DNA of 64,000 nucleotides from Nitrospirota bacterium (GTDB lineage: Bacteria > Nitrospirota > UBA9217). Within the stretch, counting starts at the first letter, position 1, and each line of letters starts with the position of its first letter. This document shows, in pieces, positions 31,795-41,097 of this stretch. The stretch lies in contig CAVWHO010000020.1 in NCBI GenBank assembly GCA_963754875.1, positions 128,001 through 192,000 of the forward strand. Direction: 5' to 3'. The position numbers and the translations under genes are program-made. The notes beneath the pieces were generated by a model. That model was not told the origin of the DNA. It did no database searches and worked only from the letters and a program-made list of their open reading frames with translations.

Positions 31795-34026
31795 ATGACA
31801 TCATCTCATATACAAACGATCGCCCAGGAACTCTCGATAACCGAAAAGCAGGTGAAGGCTTGCGCAGCTCTCCTTGACGACGGCGCCACGGTCCCGTTCA
31901 TCTCGCGCTACCGCAAGGAGGCAACGGGCTCGCTCGACGAAGTGGCCGTGACCGCAATCCGGGACCGGCTGGCGCAGCTCAGGGAACTGGACAAGCGGCG
32001 CGAGGCCATCCTCACGTCGCTCGAGGAAACGGGAAAGCTCACCGACGAGTTGAAGACCAGGGTCCGTGGCGCACAAACCTTGACGGAGCTTGAGGACATT
32101 TACCTTCCCTATCGTCCCAAGCGACGTACCAAAGCGACGATCGCGCGGGAGAAGGGGCTGGAACCCCTGGCCCAGCGTCTGTTCTCTCAGGAGGCCGGGA
32201 TCGATCCTGCGGCAGAGGCTGTTGCTTTCGTTGATAAGGAAAAGGGTGTTGAGACCGCAGACGATGCGTTGGCAGGGGCGCGCGACATCATTGCCGAGTG
32301 GGTCAATGAAGACCCAAGCGCGCGTCAGAAGATGCGCGGGCTCTATGCGGAAAAAGGACGGTTCAAGACCAAGGTGTTGATGGGCAAGGAAGAAGAGGGG
32401 GTCAAATTCAAGGACTACTTTGACTGGCAGGAGCCGGTCGCAACAGCTCCCTCGCACCGAATCCTGGCCATGCGGCGGGGGGAGAAAGAGGGCTTTCTGG
32501 TCCTGCGACTTTCTCCGCCGGAAGATGAAGCCCTTGCGCTGCTCGAAGCATTGTTTATAAAAGGCGCTGGTCCAGCGTCGCAGCAGGTGAAATCGGCAAT
32601 CCACGACAGCTACAAGAGGCTCCTTTCGCTCTCCATGGAAACGGAGATGCGCGTCGCTACCAAAGAGCGGGCGGACGCCGAGGCCATCCGCGTCTTTGCC
32701 GGGAACCTGAAACAACTCCTCCTTGCGCCGCCGCTTGGACAGAAGAACGTACTTGCCATCGATCCCGGATTCCGCACAGGGTGCAAAGTCGTGTGTGTGG
32801 ACCAGCAGGGGAAACTTCTTCATACGGACACGATCTTTCCTCTTTTTTCTGAAAAGAACGCAGGCGAAGCCGGGGAAAAGGTCGTAAACCTCTGCACGAA
32901 ATTCAGCATCGAGGCCGTCGCGATCGGAAACGGAACAGCCGGACGGGAAACGGAAGCCTTCATCAAGCAGCTCGGCCTGTCAAATTCGATCCAGATCGTG
33001 ATGGTGAACGAGAGCGGTGCTTCCGTCTATTCAGCCTCGGACGTTGCCCGGGAGGAGTTTCCCGATCACGATCTGACCGTGCGGGGATCAGTCTCGATCG
33101 GCCGCAGGCTCATGGACCCGCTGGCAGAGCTGGTCAAGATCGATCCGAAGGCTATCGGCGTGGGCCAGTATCAGCACGATGTCGATCAGACTGCGCTGAA
33201 AAGGACCCTCGACGACGTGGTCGTTAATTGCGTCAACGGCGTGGGCGTCGAAGTCAATACCGCGAGCAAACAGCTCCTGATGTACGTCTCGGGCCTCGGG
33301 CCGCAGCTTGCCGGTAATGTCGTCGAGTACCGGAACCAGCACGGCCCCTTTCAAGCGCGGAGCGAATTGATGAGCGTTTCGAAGCTCGGGCCGAAGACTT
33401 ATGAACAGGCGGCGGGCTTCCTGCGCATTCGCGGCGGCCGCAACCCGCTCGATGCGAGCGCGGTCCATCCCGAGAGTTATCCCGTCGTGGATGCCATGGC
33501 GAAGGACATGAACTGCACGGTCCTCGATCTCATGCAAAGCGCCGAACTGCGCAAGAAGATCGACCTCACTAAGTATGCGAGCGATACCGTGGGCCTGCCC
33601 ACGCTTAAGGACATCATGGCGGAGCTTGCCAAACCCGGCAGGGACCCGCGGGAAACGTTCGAGGCCTTCAGCTTTGCCGAGGGCGTCGGGAAAATCGAGG
33701 ACGTGCAGCCCGGGATGAAGCTGCCGGGCGTGGTGACGAATATCACCGCCTTCGGAGCTTTCATCGACATCGGCGTGCACCAGGACGGACTGGCGCATAT
33801 CAGCCAACTGTCGGACCGCTATATAAAAGATCCGAACGAAGCGGTCAGGGTCCATCAGAAGGTCGAGGTCACCGTGCTGGAAGTTGATGTGAAGAGGAAA
33901 CGGATAGCGCTGTCGCTCAAGAAAAACCCGGAGAAGCCCCGACAGGAACAGGACCGGCAGAGAACAGAGAAGCCGCAAGCCGATATCAATGCGTTACAGA
34001 AGGCGTTCATGAAGAACCGGACATAA
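31795..34026 (+). CDS. tex: Tex-family RNA-binding transcriptional accessory protein
   Basis: GATVPFISRYRKEATG, IDPGFRTGCK, VNESGASVYSAS, C-terminal S1 domain; start reassigned to 31795. Confidence 0.95.
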   Translation: MTSSHIQTIAQELSITEKQVKACAALLDDGATVPFISRYRKEATGSLDEVAVTAIRDRLAQLRELDKRREAILTSLEETGKLTDELKTRVRGAQTLTELEDIYLPYRPKRRTKATIAREKGLEPLAQRLFSQEAGIDPAAEAVAFVDKEKGVETADDALAGARDIIAEWVNEDPSARQKMRGLYAEKGRFKTKVLMGKEEEGVKFKDYFDWQEPVATAPSHRILAMRRGEKEGFLVLRLSPPEDEALALLEALFIKGAGPASQQVKSAIHDSYKRLLSLSMETEMRVATKERADAEAIRVFAGNLKQLLLAPPLGQKNVLAIDPGFRTGCKVVCVDQQGKLLHTDTIFPLFSEKNAGEAGEKVVNLCTKFSIEAVAIGNGTAGRETEAFIKQLGLSNSIQIVMVNESGASVYSASDVAREEFPDHDLTVRGSVSIGRRLMDPLAELVKIDPKAIGVGQYQHDVDQTALKRTLDDVVVNCVNGVGVEVNTASKQLLMYVSGLGPQLAGNVVEYRNQHGPFQARSELMSVSKLGPKTYEQAAGFLRIRGGRNPLDASAVHPESYPVVDAMAKDMNCTVLDLMQSAELRKKIDLTKYASDTVGLPTLKDIMAELAKPGRDPRETFEAFSFAEGVGKIEDVQPGMKLPGVVTNITAFGAFIDIGVHQDGLAHISQLSDRYIKDPNEAVRVHQKVEVTVLEVDVKRKRIALSLKKNPEKPRQEQDRQRTEKPQADINALQKAFMKNRT

Positions 34027-34075
34027 GGGAGGGCGTTTTTCCGCGCCTTGCACGCTCCGCTCGGTGCGACGTTGT

Positions 34076-34345
34076 TCACCTGGGAAACCTCTGAGCAGCA
34101 CGTGCCCGTGCCTTTGCAGCCTCTTCTGCACGGTTTTTCGGCGGTGCGTTCGTTTCAAGCGCGCTCAGAAGGCTTCTGGAAGCTGTTGCTATCTCGTCCA
34201 CAGCCGCAAGGAATGCAGCTTCGTTGGCCTTCGATGGCTTGTTGAAGCCGCTCACTTTTCTGACGAATTGAAGCGAGGCTGCACGAATCTCTGCGTCTGT
34301 CACGGGCGGATCGAAGTTGAAGAGAGTCCTGATGTTTCTGCACAT
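34076..34345 (-). CDS. DUF2277-family protein (cassette)
   Basis: MCRNIRTLFNFDPP..EIRAASLQFVRKVSGF. Confidence 0.85.
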   Translation of the reverse strand: MCRNIRTLFNFDPPVTDAEIRAASLQFVRKVSGFNKPSKANEAAFLAAVDEIATASRSLLSALETNAPPKNRAEEAAKARARAAQRFPR

Positions 34346-34370
34346 AAGCGTTACCTCCCTGTATCGAATT

Positions 34371-34431
34371 GCCTAACGCGCGGGCGAGAGCGTGCCTTTT
34401 TGCGCGTCGGATTCGACCCGCATCGTTATCC
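34371..34431 (-). other. attC site
   Basis: Minus strand GGATAAC gatgcgggtcgaatccgacgcgcaaaaaggcacgctctcgcccgcgc GTTAGGC. Confidence 0.8.
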
Positions 34432-34883
34432 TTTCGTAGGGAATCGACCCTCTCGATTAATTCAGCCACGATAGGATTTTTCTTGAATGGTATCAGACTG
34501 GTTGGAGGCATAAATGTAACCTCGGGGCCAATACGGGACGGATGTCGAAGCACAAGGGTTACTCTCGCTGGATTGGTTACGTAAGAATAGCTAATATTCA
34601 TAATATCCGATAACGGGATTCGTACTTCTTCATTCTTGTTTTTAACAATCAGCGCATCACCCACATCCCAAGCCTCGTCTACAAGATCAAAAACGAGTTT
34701 TTTCATTATTAAATATCCGAAGACCGTCATTACTATGGGGGTGATAAAAAATACTATTTGGAACACTCCCTTTTTAATCATGGAATATATTGAAATGACG
34801 ACAAAGAAGGCTAGGAACCCGAACCAAACTAATGGGAAAAGACGTTTATTTACAAATGTCATGCGGGAAGATATGCGACGCAT
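34425..34883 (-). CDS. Two-TM membrane protein (cassette); stop apparently lost at the attC
   Basis: RBS GAGGTGG then MRRISSRMTFVNKRLFPLVWFG; the frame reads through the attC (track ORF 34155-34976). Confidence 0.6.
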
Positions 34884-34895
34884 TTTCCACCTCGA

Positions 34896-34952
34896 GGTTA
34901 ACATCAAAATCAGCCGTGGCTGCAAGACGTCGGCTGCATTGTCTCGTTGGGC
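34896..34952 (-). other. attC site
   Basis: Minus strand GCCCAAC gagacaatgcagccgacgtcttgcagccacggctgattttgat GTTAACC. Confidence 0.8.
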
Positions 34953-35036
34953 GGTCATATGGGGTTTTGCACTCAATCACATTTCAACATTTCCAGAGTG
35001 TCCCCATCGCCTGCTCAGATTATTCAATCGCTTTAT

Positions 35037-36917
35037 CTATTTCCCCTCATGTTTCGGTGTGTTTTGAGAAATCATTTGAGATAACCATGCATTGAATAGG
35101 TTGCCGCTCGCTGAGCCCTCCCCACCTCCAACCAGAACCTGGGGCACAATCTGAATCTTACCAGCCGCTATCTCCTGAATGAGCTTGATTATCGCTACAT
35201 TCTGCTGACCAATGGCCTCTTTCTGGGCATTGTAAGCAGCGGCAACACCGTCGCCCTCAATCTTGCTTTTGTAAGAATTGCCGTCAGCCACCAGTATTGT
35301 AGCTTCTTTAGTCCCTTGAGCTTGGAGAATCACAGAACGCCTGTTCCCGTCAGCTTCTTTAACCGTGGCTTCAGCCCTATCATTATTGATGTCTATAGAT
35401 AATTTGGCATCAATAACATCTTTTTGTTTATCCGCCCGGGACGATTTCTCCATGACCGCAATGCGTTTTTCTTGAGCTAGTGCCTCTTGGTCATACTGGG
35501 CTTGCTGCTGATTGGCAATTTCCTTCTTGGTTTGCGTATCCAACAAATCTTTAGGTATATCGATATAAGCAATGAGTAAGTTTTGGGCCTCAACGTTGTA
35601 CTCAGAAAATCTTTCTTGGGCGTGTGCCAGTGCTTCGGTCTGCAAGACCGTCCGGCTTTGGAAAAAGTCAATCGCTTTCTTCTCGCCGGCTTTATTCCTG
35701 AACGATGAATCAATCAGCGGATGTACGATTTGATCAATCAGATTGGCCACTGACCCGAATCTAGCTATGATGTAGGCCGCATTCCCCGGTTGAATTCGAA
35801 TCACCATTCGAACATTGACTTCCAATTGAAAGCCATCTTTAGAAGTCACCTTCAAGGGATCAAAACTGTACAGGACCCCCGCAGCCTTAGCCACCGTTGG
35901 TTTGACTCCCTTTACCTCTGTCCCGATTTTTCCCTCGCTTGCCCAATCGATGGTGACGGCGGAAGTAGGCACTTGATAGGCTGTGAAAGCAATCGCATTT
36001 AGATTGTATTTCCCAGGTGCTATCGGCTCTCTCCAAATACCGCGAGTATATTTATCGATTATCAGTATTTTCTCAACATCTTCATGGATCGGACCACCGA
36101 GTTTTCCTTCTTTGGTAGTTAGCTCGGGCCCTACCGGCGTCCTCTCCAACTCCGACCCAACGTTGGACCTGATTACTGCCACATATCCTGGAAGGACCTC
36201 AGCTACATCTTCAACTTTAATCTCAAATAAGTTCGGATTGATGAAATATATTCCCGGTTGCAGGGTATCTAACTGCGGTCCCCGGTATCCTTTGCTATCG
36301 ATAAAGAGCTGTCCATTTTGATAAGCTCTGTGGTCTGCTTGGGTACCGTCATCATTTTGAGCCTTTGGGGCGATGACATAGCCCGTCGGTAAGGGAATAC
36401 CATCTTTAGCAACAGCGATACCAATGGTATTCTCCTCTATTTTTACCGCGGGAGCTTTGTTAATATTGAACAGTATGGAATTGATCCGGTAGGTGCCTGG
36501 ACGTAGAATCCCAATCTGCGGTCCCTTCTTTCCATGGTTGGCTAAAAACATCTCTGCATCTTGAAATTGATTGCACTCGACTTCATCGGCTAACACTCTG
36601 CCTTTAGGTAGTGGTTCGCCGTCAATAGATTCGACGATACCGATACTGGCAATGTCTACCGTCACTACCGGAACTTTGGTAAATGACCAGACTATAGGTA
36701 ACCTCCAGTAGAGCCCTGGCATCAAAGTCCTCGCCTGAACCCCTATTTCTCCATGACGCGCGATTATTTGTCCTTCAGACATTTTTTTGCCAAACATATT
36801 TTTAGTAAGGATGCCGACTTGATTGGCCCCAATTAAACAAAAACCTTTAAGGACAACCATCAGAACAATAAAAACAACCACAATTGAGACAATCCATCCT
36901 ATCATTACTGTCATCAT
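35037..36917 (-). CDS. SPFH/flotillin-like membrane protein (cassette)
   Basis: N-terminal TM; repeated G.Q..L.PG.Y motifs; SKDGFQLEVNV band-7 region; coiled-coil tail and IVPQVLVGGG. Confidence 0.85.
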   Translation of the reverse strand: MMTVMIGWIVSIVVVFIVLMVVLKGFCLIGANQVGILTKNMFGKKMSEGQIIARHGEIGVQARTLMPGLYWRLPIVWSFTKVPVVTVDIASIGIVESIDGEPLPKGRVLADEVECNQFQDAEMFLANHGKKGPQIGILRPGTYRINSILFNINKAPAVKIEENTIGIAVAKDGIPLPTGYVIAPKAQNDDGTQADHRAYQNGQLFIDSKGYRGPQLDTLQPGIYFINPNLFEIKVEDVAEVLPGYVAVIRSNVGSELERTPVGPELTTKEGKLGGPIHEDVEKILIIDKYTRGIWREPIAPGKYNLNAIAFTAYQVPTSAVTIDWASEGKIGTEVKGVKPTVAKAAGVLYSFDPLKVTSKDGFQLEVNVRMVIRIQPGNAAYIIARFGSVANLIDQIVHPLIDSSFRNKAGEKKAIDFFQSRTVLQTEALAHAQERFSEYNVEAQNLLIAYIDIPKDLLDTQTKKEIANQQQAQYDQEALAQEKRIAVMEKSSRADKQKDVIDAKLSIDINNDRAEATVKEADGNRRSVILQAQGTKEATILVADGNSYKSKIEGDGVAAAYNAQKEAIGQQNVAIIKLIQEIAAGKIQIVPQVLVGGGEGSASGNLFNAWLSQMISQNTPKHEGK

Positions 36918-36982
36918 GGTATTTCTCCTTTTTATTCTCAATGCCCTTCGGGCTTAGCGTTCTTGCTCCAGCGAGATTGAAA

Positions 36983-37041
36983 GCCTAACGAACAGGTGTA
37001 GGGCGCGATTTTCCGCGTCCCACACGACCCGCATGTTGTGA
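36983..37041 (-). other. attC site
   Basis: Minus strand TCACAAC atgcgggtcgtgtgggacgcg-gaaaat-cgcgccctacacctgttc GTTAGGC; arms pair with bulged bases. Confidence 0.85.
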
Positions 37042-37106
37042 CATCATCTCCTCATGTTCGATTTTCGCAATCGGCTCACTACCCGACCGAGCTACTGCCG
37101 GCTCTT

Positions 37107-37811
37107 TCATCGAATACCTGTATCGAACGTGAGACTGACCCGGGTCCACACATTTGGCCCTACAGACACATTCTGCGTCTGGGATTGAGGAGACAGGATG
37201 GGCGCATCAGCATCCGGCACGATTAGATAGTTCCCAGCGGGAACTTGGACTGCGAAGCAACCCTCCGAGGTCGATCGGAATGCGCCGACAGCAACGTTAT
37301 TCTTTTTGATCTGGAATCCAGCGGAAAAAGGCTCCTCGCATGATACGGTATCACTGCAAACCGGCTGTGTTGGCCCTCGCATAACGAATCCGCTCAGTCC
37401 GGCAGCAGTTTCAGGAATGATAGAGCACTGACTGGAGAGAATAGTTGAAGGGGAAGACGTGCAAATCGCGGCACTTTGAGCTGATTCAATCCCGGCCGCA
37501 TCATAAGCCGAGACGGTGTAGCAATATTGAGTCGATCCAGTGACTGAGCTATCAAGGGCAGCCGAGATTGCGACGGACTGAAGATAGAGGCCATCTCGGA
37601 ATATTTCATATCCGGTGACTTCACTATTATCGGTCGATGCCGACCAGGAAAGTCCGACTTGACCTGTCGATACAATAGCGGTCAAGTTTGAGGGGACCGT
37701 GGGCGGTGTGTTGTCCCGGTTACTGCATCTTTGAAAAATAAAGCTAATCACTATCAAAAAGAAAAACCACAAAACATACGGGATCCTATTTTTTAAACAC
37801 ATCATCTCCAT
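37107..37811 (-). CDS. Fibronectin type III domain exported protein (cassette)
   Basis: DNTPPTVPSNL..LSWSASTDNSEVTGYEIFRDG..YCYTVSAYDAAG. Confidence 0.8.
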   Translation of the reverse strand: MEMMCLKNRIPYVLWFFFLIVISFIFQRCSNRDNTPPTVPSNLTAIVSTGQVGLSWSASTDNSEVTGYEIFRDGLYLQSVAISAALDSSVTGSTQYCYTVSAYDAAGIESAQSAAICTSSPSTILSSQCSIIPETAAGLSGFVMRGPTQPVCSDTVSCEEPFSAGFQIKKNNVAVGAFRSTSEGCFAVQVPAGNYLIVPDADAPILSPQSQTQNVSVGPNVWTRVSLTFDTGIR

Positions 37812-37906
37812 TGGCCTCCTCTAAGATTGATCGGTTCCTGTCAGGCGCACTTATGAGGAGCGTTCGGCAGTTACAACGCGGCCGTGAGACGGGCGCCGTT
37901 TAAGCA

Positions 37907-38847
37907 ACCTTTAGGGTCAGGTCCTTTGTTATGGTATTAGCCCCTCATCCTCACAATGTTGCTCACTGTTGAGGTGTGGAGCCCCAGGTGTCGGGCGATT
38001 TCGCTCTGCCGATATCCATGCTTCTCAACAGCCTCGATCATCTTTCTGTCCCGCTTTCGTTTGTCCCCAAGTATACTCTCTTGGAATATTTTCTCAAGCA
38101 GCGGCCGATTCGCGTAGCGCTGACTCCTCGGTATCTCAGGAACATGCTTGTGTTTCTCCAGGTGATCTACGAGGCTGTCTACGAAATCATCTTCGCCCAG
38201 AATGATCTGCCCTTTGACGTCCGTCCAGATCGGCTTTGCCCCGATCCCCCATTTGACGAACTGGCGGTATTCTTTCTCGGCCTTGGCTCTCTTCCCGCTG
38301 AATTGCCCGAGGATCCAGTCCGTAGTGAGACAGGGGTGAGGCGTTTCTTTGCCTGCGGTTGCACGGTAACTGCTCCATTTCCACCGTTCAGGGCGTTCTA
38401 TCATCCGTGCCCGGACAGGATTTAATACAACGTATCGGCAGACTTCGAGAAGGTAGCTGTCTTTCTGGATAAGAATTCCTTTAAACCTGCCTTGGAAGAG
38501 GTGCCCCGTTCGTTGATGCCGATTGTTAAATAACTGCGTGTAAACGCCATTTAACTGTCTCATTCCAAGCGAGAGGTTCCCGTCTGGGGTTTCGATGAGC
38601 AGATGGTAGTGATTGTCCATGAGGCAGTAGGCATGGCACAGCCAGTTATAGCGCTTGCAGACGTGCTGAAGGGTGCGGAGAAAAGTTTCGCGGTCGGGGT
38701 CATCTTTGAAGACGGGCTTCTTTTCGTTGCCGCGAGTGGTAACGTGATACACGGCGCCGGGATATTCGATGCGAAGGGGTCGAGTCATGATGCGAACGTA
38801 GCATAGCCAATATAAAATGTCAACACAAAAGACCTGACCCTATAGGT
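37907..38847 (-). mobile_element. RAYT-like Y1 transposase unit 1 with 23-bp terminal inverted repeats
   Basis: acctttagggtcaggtcctttgt (37907-37929) vs acaaaagacctgaccctataggt (38825-38847), 2 mismatches. Confidence 0.75.
37937..38788 (-). CDS. REP-associated-type tyrosine (HUH/Y1) transposase with C-terminal HTH
   Basis: YHVTTRGN, LMDNHYHLL (HUH), HLFQGRF, YVVLNPVRA, WSSY. Confidence 0.9.
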   Translation of the reverse strand: MTRPLRIEYPGAVYHVTTRGNEKKPVFKDDPDRETFLRTLQHVCKRYNWLCHAYCLMDNHYHLLIETPDGNLSLGMRQLNGVYTQLFNNRHQRTGHLFQGRFKGILIQKDSYLLEVCRYVVLNPVRARMIERPERWKWSSYRATAGKETPHPCLTTDWILGQFSGKRAKAEKEYRQFVKWGIGAKPIWTDVKGQIILGEDDFVDSLVDHLEKHKHVPEIPRSQRYANRPLLEKIFQESILGDKRKRDRKMIEAVEKHGYRQSEIARHLGLHTSTVSNIVRMRG

Positions 38848-38959
38848 CCTTTTTCGCCATACGCCTCCCGTGGGTGAGGGGTTTTGATGGTTCACAGCGT
38901 CCCACACGAACCGCAGGTTGGAATCATCGTTCTGTTCTACTTCGATCAATGGAAAAAGC

Positions 38960-38989
38960 TTGACATGTTGTTACCCTTTAGGTTACAAT
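38960..38989 (+). promoter_or_regulatory. higBA promoter with overlapping operator palindrome
   Basis: TTGACA-18 nt-TACAAT; TGTTACC-cttta-GGTTACA imperfect inverted repeat. Confidence 0.65.
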
Positions 38990-38992
38990 TTA

Positions 38993-39274
38993 ATGGTGAT
39001 CGCTTCCTTTGCTCATAAAGGGCTTGAACGCTTCTACCGCACCGGAAACGTTTCAGGCATCCAGGCGATTCACGCTGCTAAACTGCGGTTAATTCTAAGC
39101 CTGCTTGACGCCGCACAAACCGTCGAGGGTATGAGGCTGCCGGCGTTAAAACTGCACAAACTGAAAGGGACGCGGAACGATACATGGGCCGTGACGGTTC
39201 AGGCAAACTGGCGGGTCACGTTCCGTTTTGAAAATGGCAATGCCCACGTTGTAAATTACGAAGATTATCATTAA
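38993..39274 (+). CDS. higB: HigB (RelE/ParE-family) toxin
   Basis: [39 protein letters not shown]. Confidence 0.9.
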   Translation: MVIASFAHKGLERFYRTGNVSGIQAIHAAKLRLILSLLDAAQTVEGMRLPALKLHKLKGTRNDTWAVTVQANWRVTFRFENGNAHVVNYEDYH

Positions 39275-39284
39275 GGAGAATCTC

Positions 39285-39575
39285 ATGGCTACAATGCATA
39301 ACCCGGCCCATCCGGGAGAAATAATAAAAGGTCTCTGTTTGGAGCCGAAAGACATGTCCGTCGCCGACGCGGCAGAGCGGCTCGGTGTTTCGCGAAAAAC
39401 ATTGTATAAGATTCTCAATGGAAAAGGCGCCGTTACGCCTGAAATGGCCCTCCGGCTTGAATTGGTCTTTGGTTCCACTGCACAAACGTGGCTCAATATG
39501 CAGACCACCTACGACTTGTGGCGGCTTAAAGACAAACGTAAGGCGCTGAAGGCCGCCTTGCGACGAGCGGCGTAG
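39285..39575 (+). CDS. higA: HigA antitoxin
   Basis: [30 protein letters not shown]. Confidence 0.9.
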   Translation: MATMHNPAHPGEIIKGLCLEPKDMSVADAAERLGVSRKTLYKILNGKGAVTPEMALRLELVFGSTAQTWLNMQTTYDLWRLKDKRKALKAALRRAA

Positions 39576-39600
39576 TGTTTACACTCTCACCGGTCGATCT

Positions 39601-40040
39601 CTACACGTTTTTATGTCGAATTGGATTTTGGCCACCCATACCGACAGAGTTTCCGACGTATTCATCTCTGATATCCGACGCTACAAAGCCCTCAAACTCC
39701 CATCGTCCGTCATCCGTGACATCCTTCGCGTCGCGAGTATGGTATTTGAGAGTTCCTGAAGGATGCCATTTCTGGATGCGGTAGACTTCTCTGACGATCC
39801 CCTGAGACACAGCCATCGCGTATTCGCGTGTTCGCGCCTTGGTCCCACGACCCATATGCCGCAGGTTGCCTCATACAATTCTTCGGCAGTCATATCGCTT
39901 CGATAGAGCTTATATATCGTGATGAGAATCGCTCTATGCCGTGCATATACCGGTTTAGCGCTTAACATCGCAATAACCTCCCGTAATCCAATTCGTCCAA
40001 ATGATTTATCGTGATGACCTGCAACCCGATTAGTGAGGGA
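39601..40040 (-). pseudogene. C-terminal fragment of a LEM-3-like GIY-YIG protein, frameshifted
   Basis: LTNRVAGH..LYEATCGIW | YAMAVSQGIVREVYRI..RWEFEG..QNPI across ORFs 39681-40055 and 39601-39855; N-terminal nuclease part absent. Confidence 0.6.
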
Positions 40041-40338
40041 CCTGAAGCGCGCCACAAATGATTCTGGTCAATTTGGCAGTTACCTTAAAAAAGCAATTGC
40101 AATTAATAAACCGTAGATGCTGTAGAGAAAAGTCCAGAGTGACATAACAGTAAAAACAGCAATCTCACTGGCTATTTTTGACTTTGATGCTACTGTAAGG
40201 GCAGACATGTGTATTCTGGTGAATTCAGGCAGGCATTCGGTTTCGTTTCGGGCACGCATTCCGATTCAATTCGGGCACTCTCCAACGGGATAACCGATTG
40301 CTGGGTTAAAGCTACTATCTCATAGGGATTTTGACTTG

Positions 40339-41079
40339 TCAACGATTGATCTTTGATTTGCTCTTTCTCATTGATTCTCCTTTCAGGTCTATTTTGTAGG
40401 CGTTATGCACCAGACGGTCCATGATAGCGTCAGCCAAGGTCGGGTCGGCCAGGATATCATGCCAGTGCTTAACCGGCATTTGGGTAGTTATGAGGGTCGA
40501 CCGGCGATCATAACGGTCCTCGATGATTTCCAGAAGATCTCTTTGCTGTTCCGTCGTGAGCGGAGCAAGTCCGAAGTCGTCGAGGACAAGCAGGTCTGCC
40601 TTGAGAAGTGACTTCATCAGTTTCCGATACCGTCCGTCGTGATGCGATAGGGCCAGATCTTCAAGAAGCCTCGGCAGCCTCTGATACACGACGGCATGAC
40701 CATCACGGCAGGCTTTGTGGGACAGGGCGCAGGCAAGATAGCTCTTTCCCACGCCGGTCGGGCCGATGATAAGCAGATTGTGATGCTCGATAATCCACTG
40801 GTTCGACGCAAGCGACAGAATGAGCGATTTGTCCAGCCCTCGGGGCTGACGGAAGTCGATGTCTTCGATAGATGCTGAGATTCTCAGTTTTGCAGCTCGT
40901 AAGCGCGTAACAAGCCGTCTGTTCTCTCGTTCTGTCAGTTCTCGGTCAATAAGGAGCCCAAGCCGCTCCTCAAAGCTTAGTGAAGTCGCTTTTTGATTCT
41001 GCAGTTGTTCACGCAGGGCTTTTGCCATGCCAAAAAGACGGAGTTGTTCGATCTTGTCGAGTGTGGGATGCGCTAACAT
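40339..41079 (-). CDS. istB: IS21 helper ATPase IstB
   Basis: GPTGVGKS Walker A, LLVLDDFG Walker B, DRLVHNA. Confidence 0.95.
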   Translation of the reverse strand: MLAHPTLDKIEQLRLFGMAKALREQLQNQKATSLSFEERLGLLIDRELTERENRRLVTRLRAAKLRISASIEDIDFRQPRGLDKSLILSLASNQWIIEHHNLLIIGPTGVGKSYLACALSHKACRDGHAVVYQRLPRLLEDLALSHHDGRYRKLMKSLLKADLLVLDDFGLAPLTTEQQRDLLEIIEDRYDRRSTLITTQMPVKHWHDILADPTLADAIMDRLVHNAYKIDLKGESMRKSKSKINR

Positions 41080-41097
41080 AATAGTCTCCTTTTGCAG

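Larger units (their letters stand above)
37871..38923 (-). other. Split attC: R'-side arm 37871-37898 and R''-side arm 38896-38923 flanking a RAYT-like unit
   Basis: Minus strand TTCCAAC ctgcggttcgtgtgggacgc (close to the arm of attC 36983) ... ggcgcccgtctcacggccgc GTTGTAA. Confidence 0.65.
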
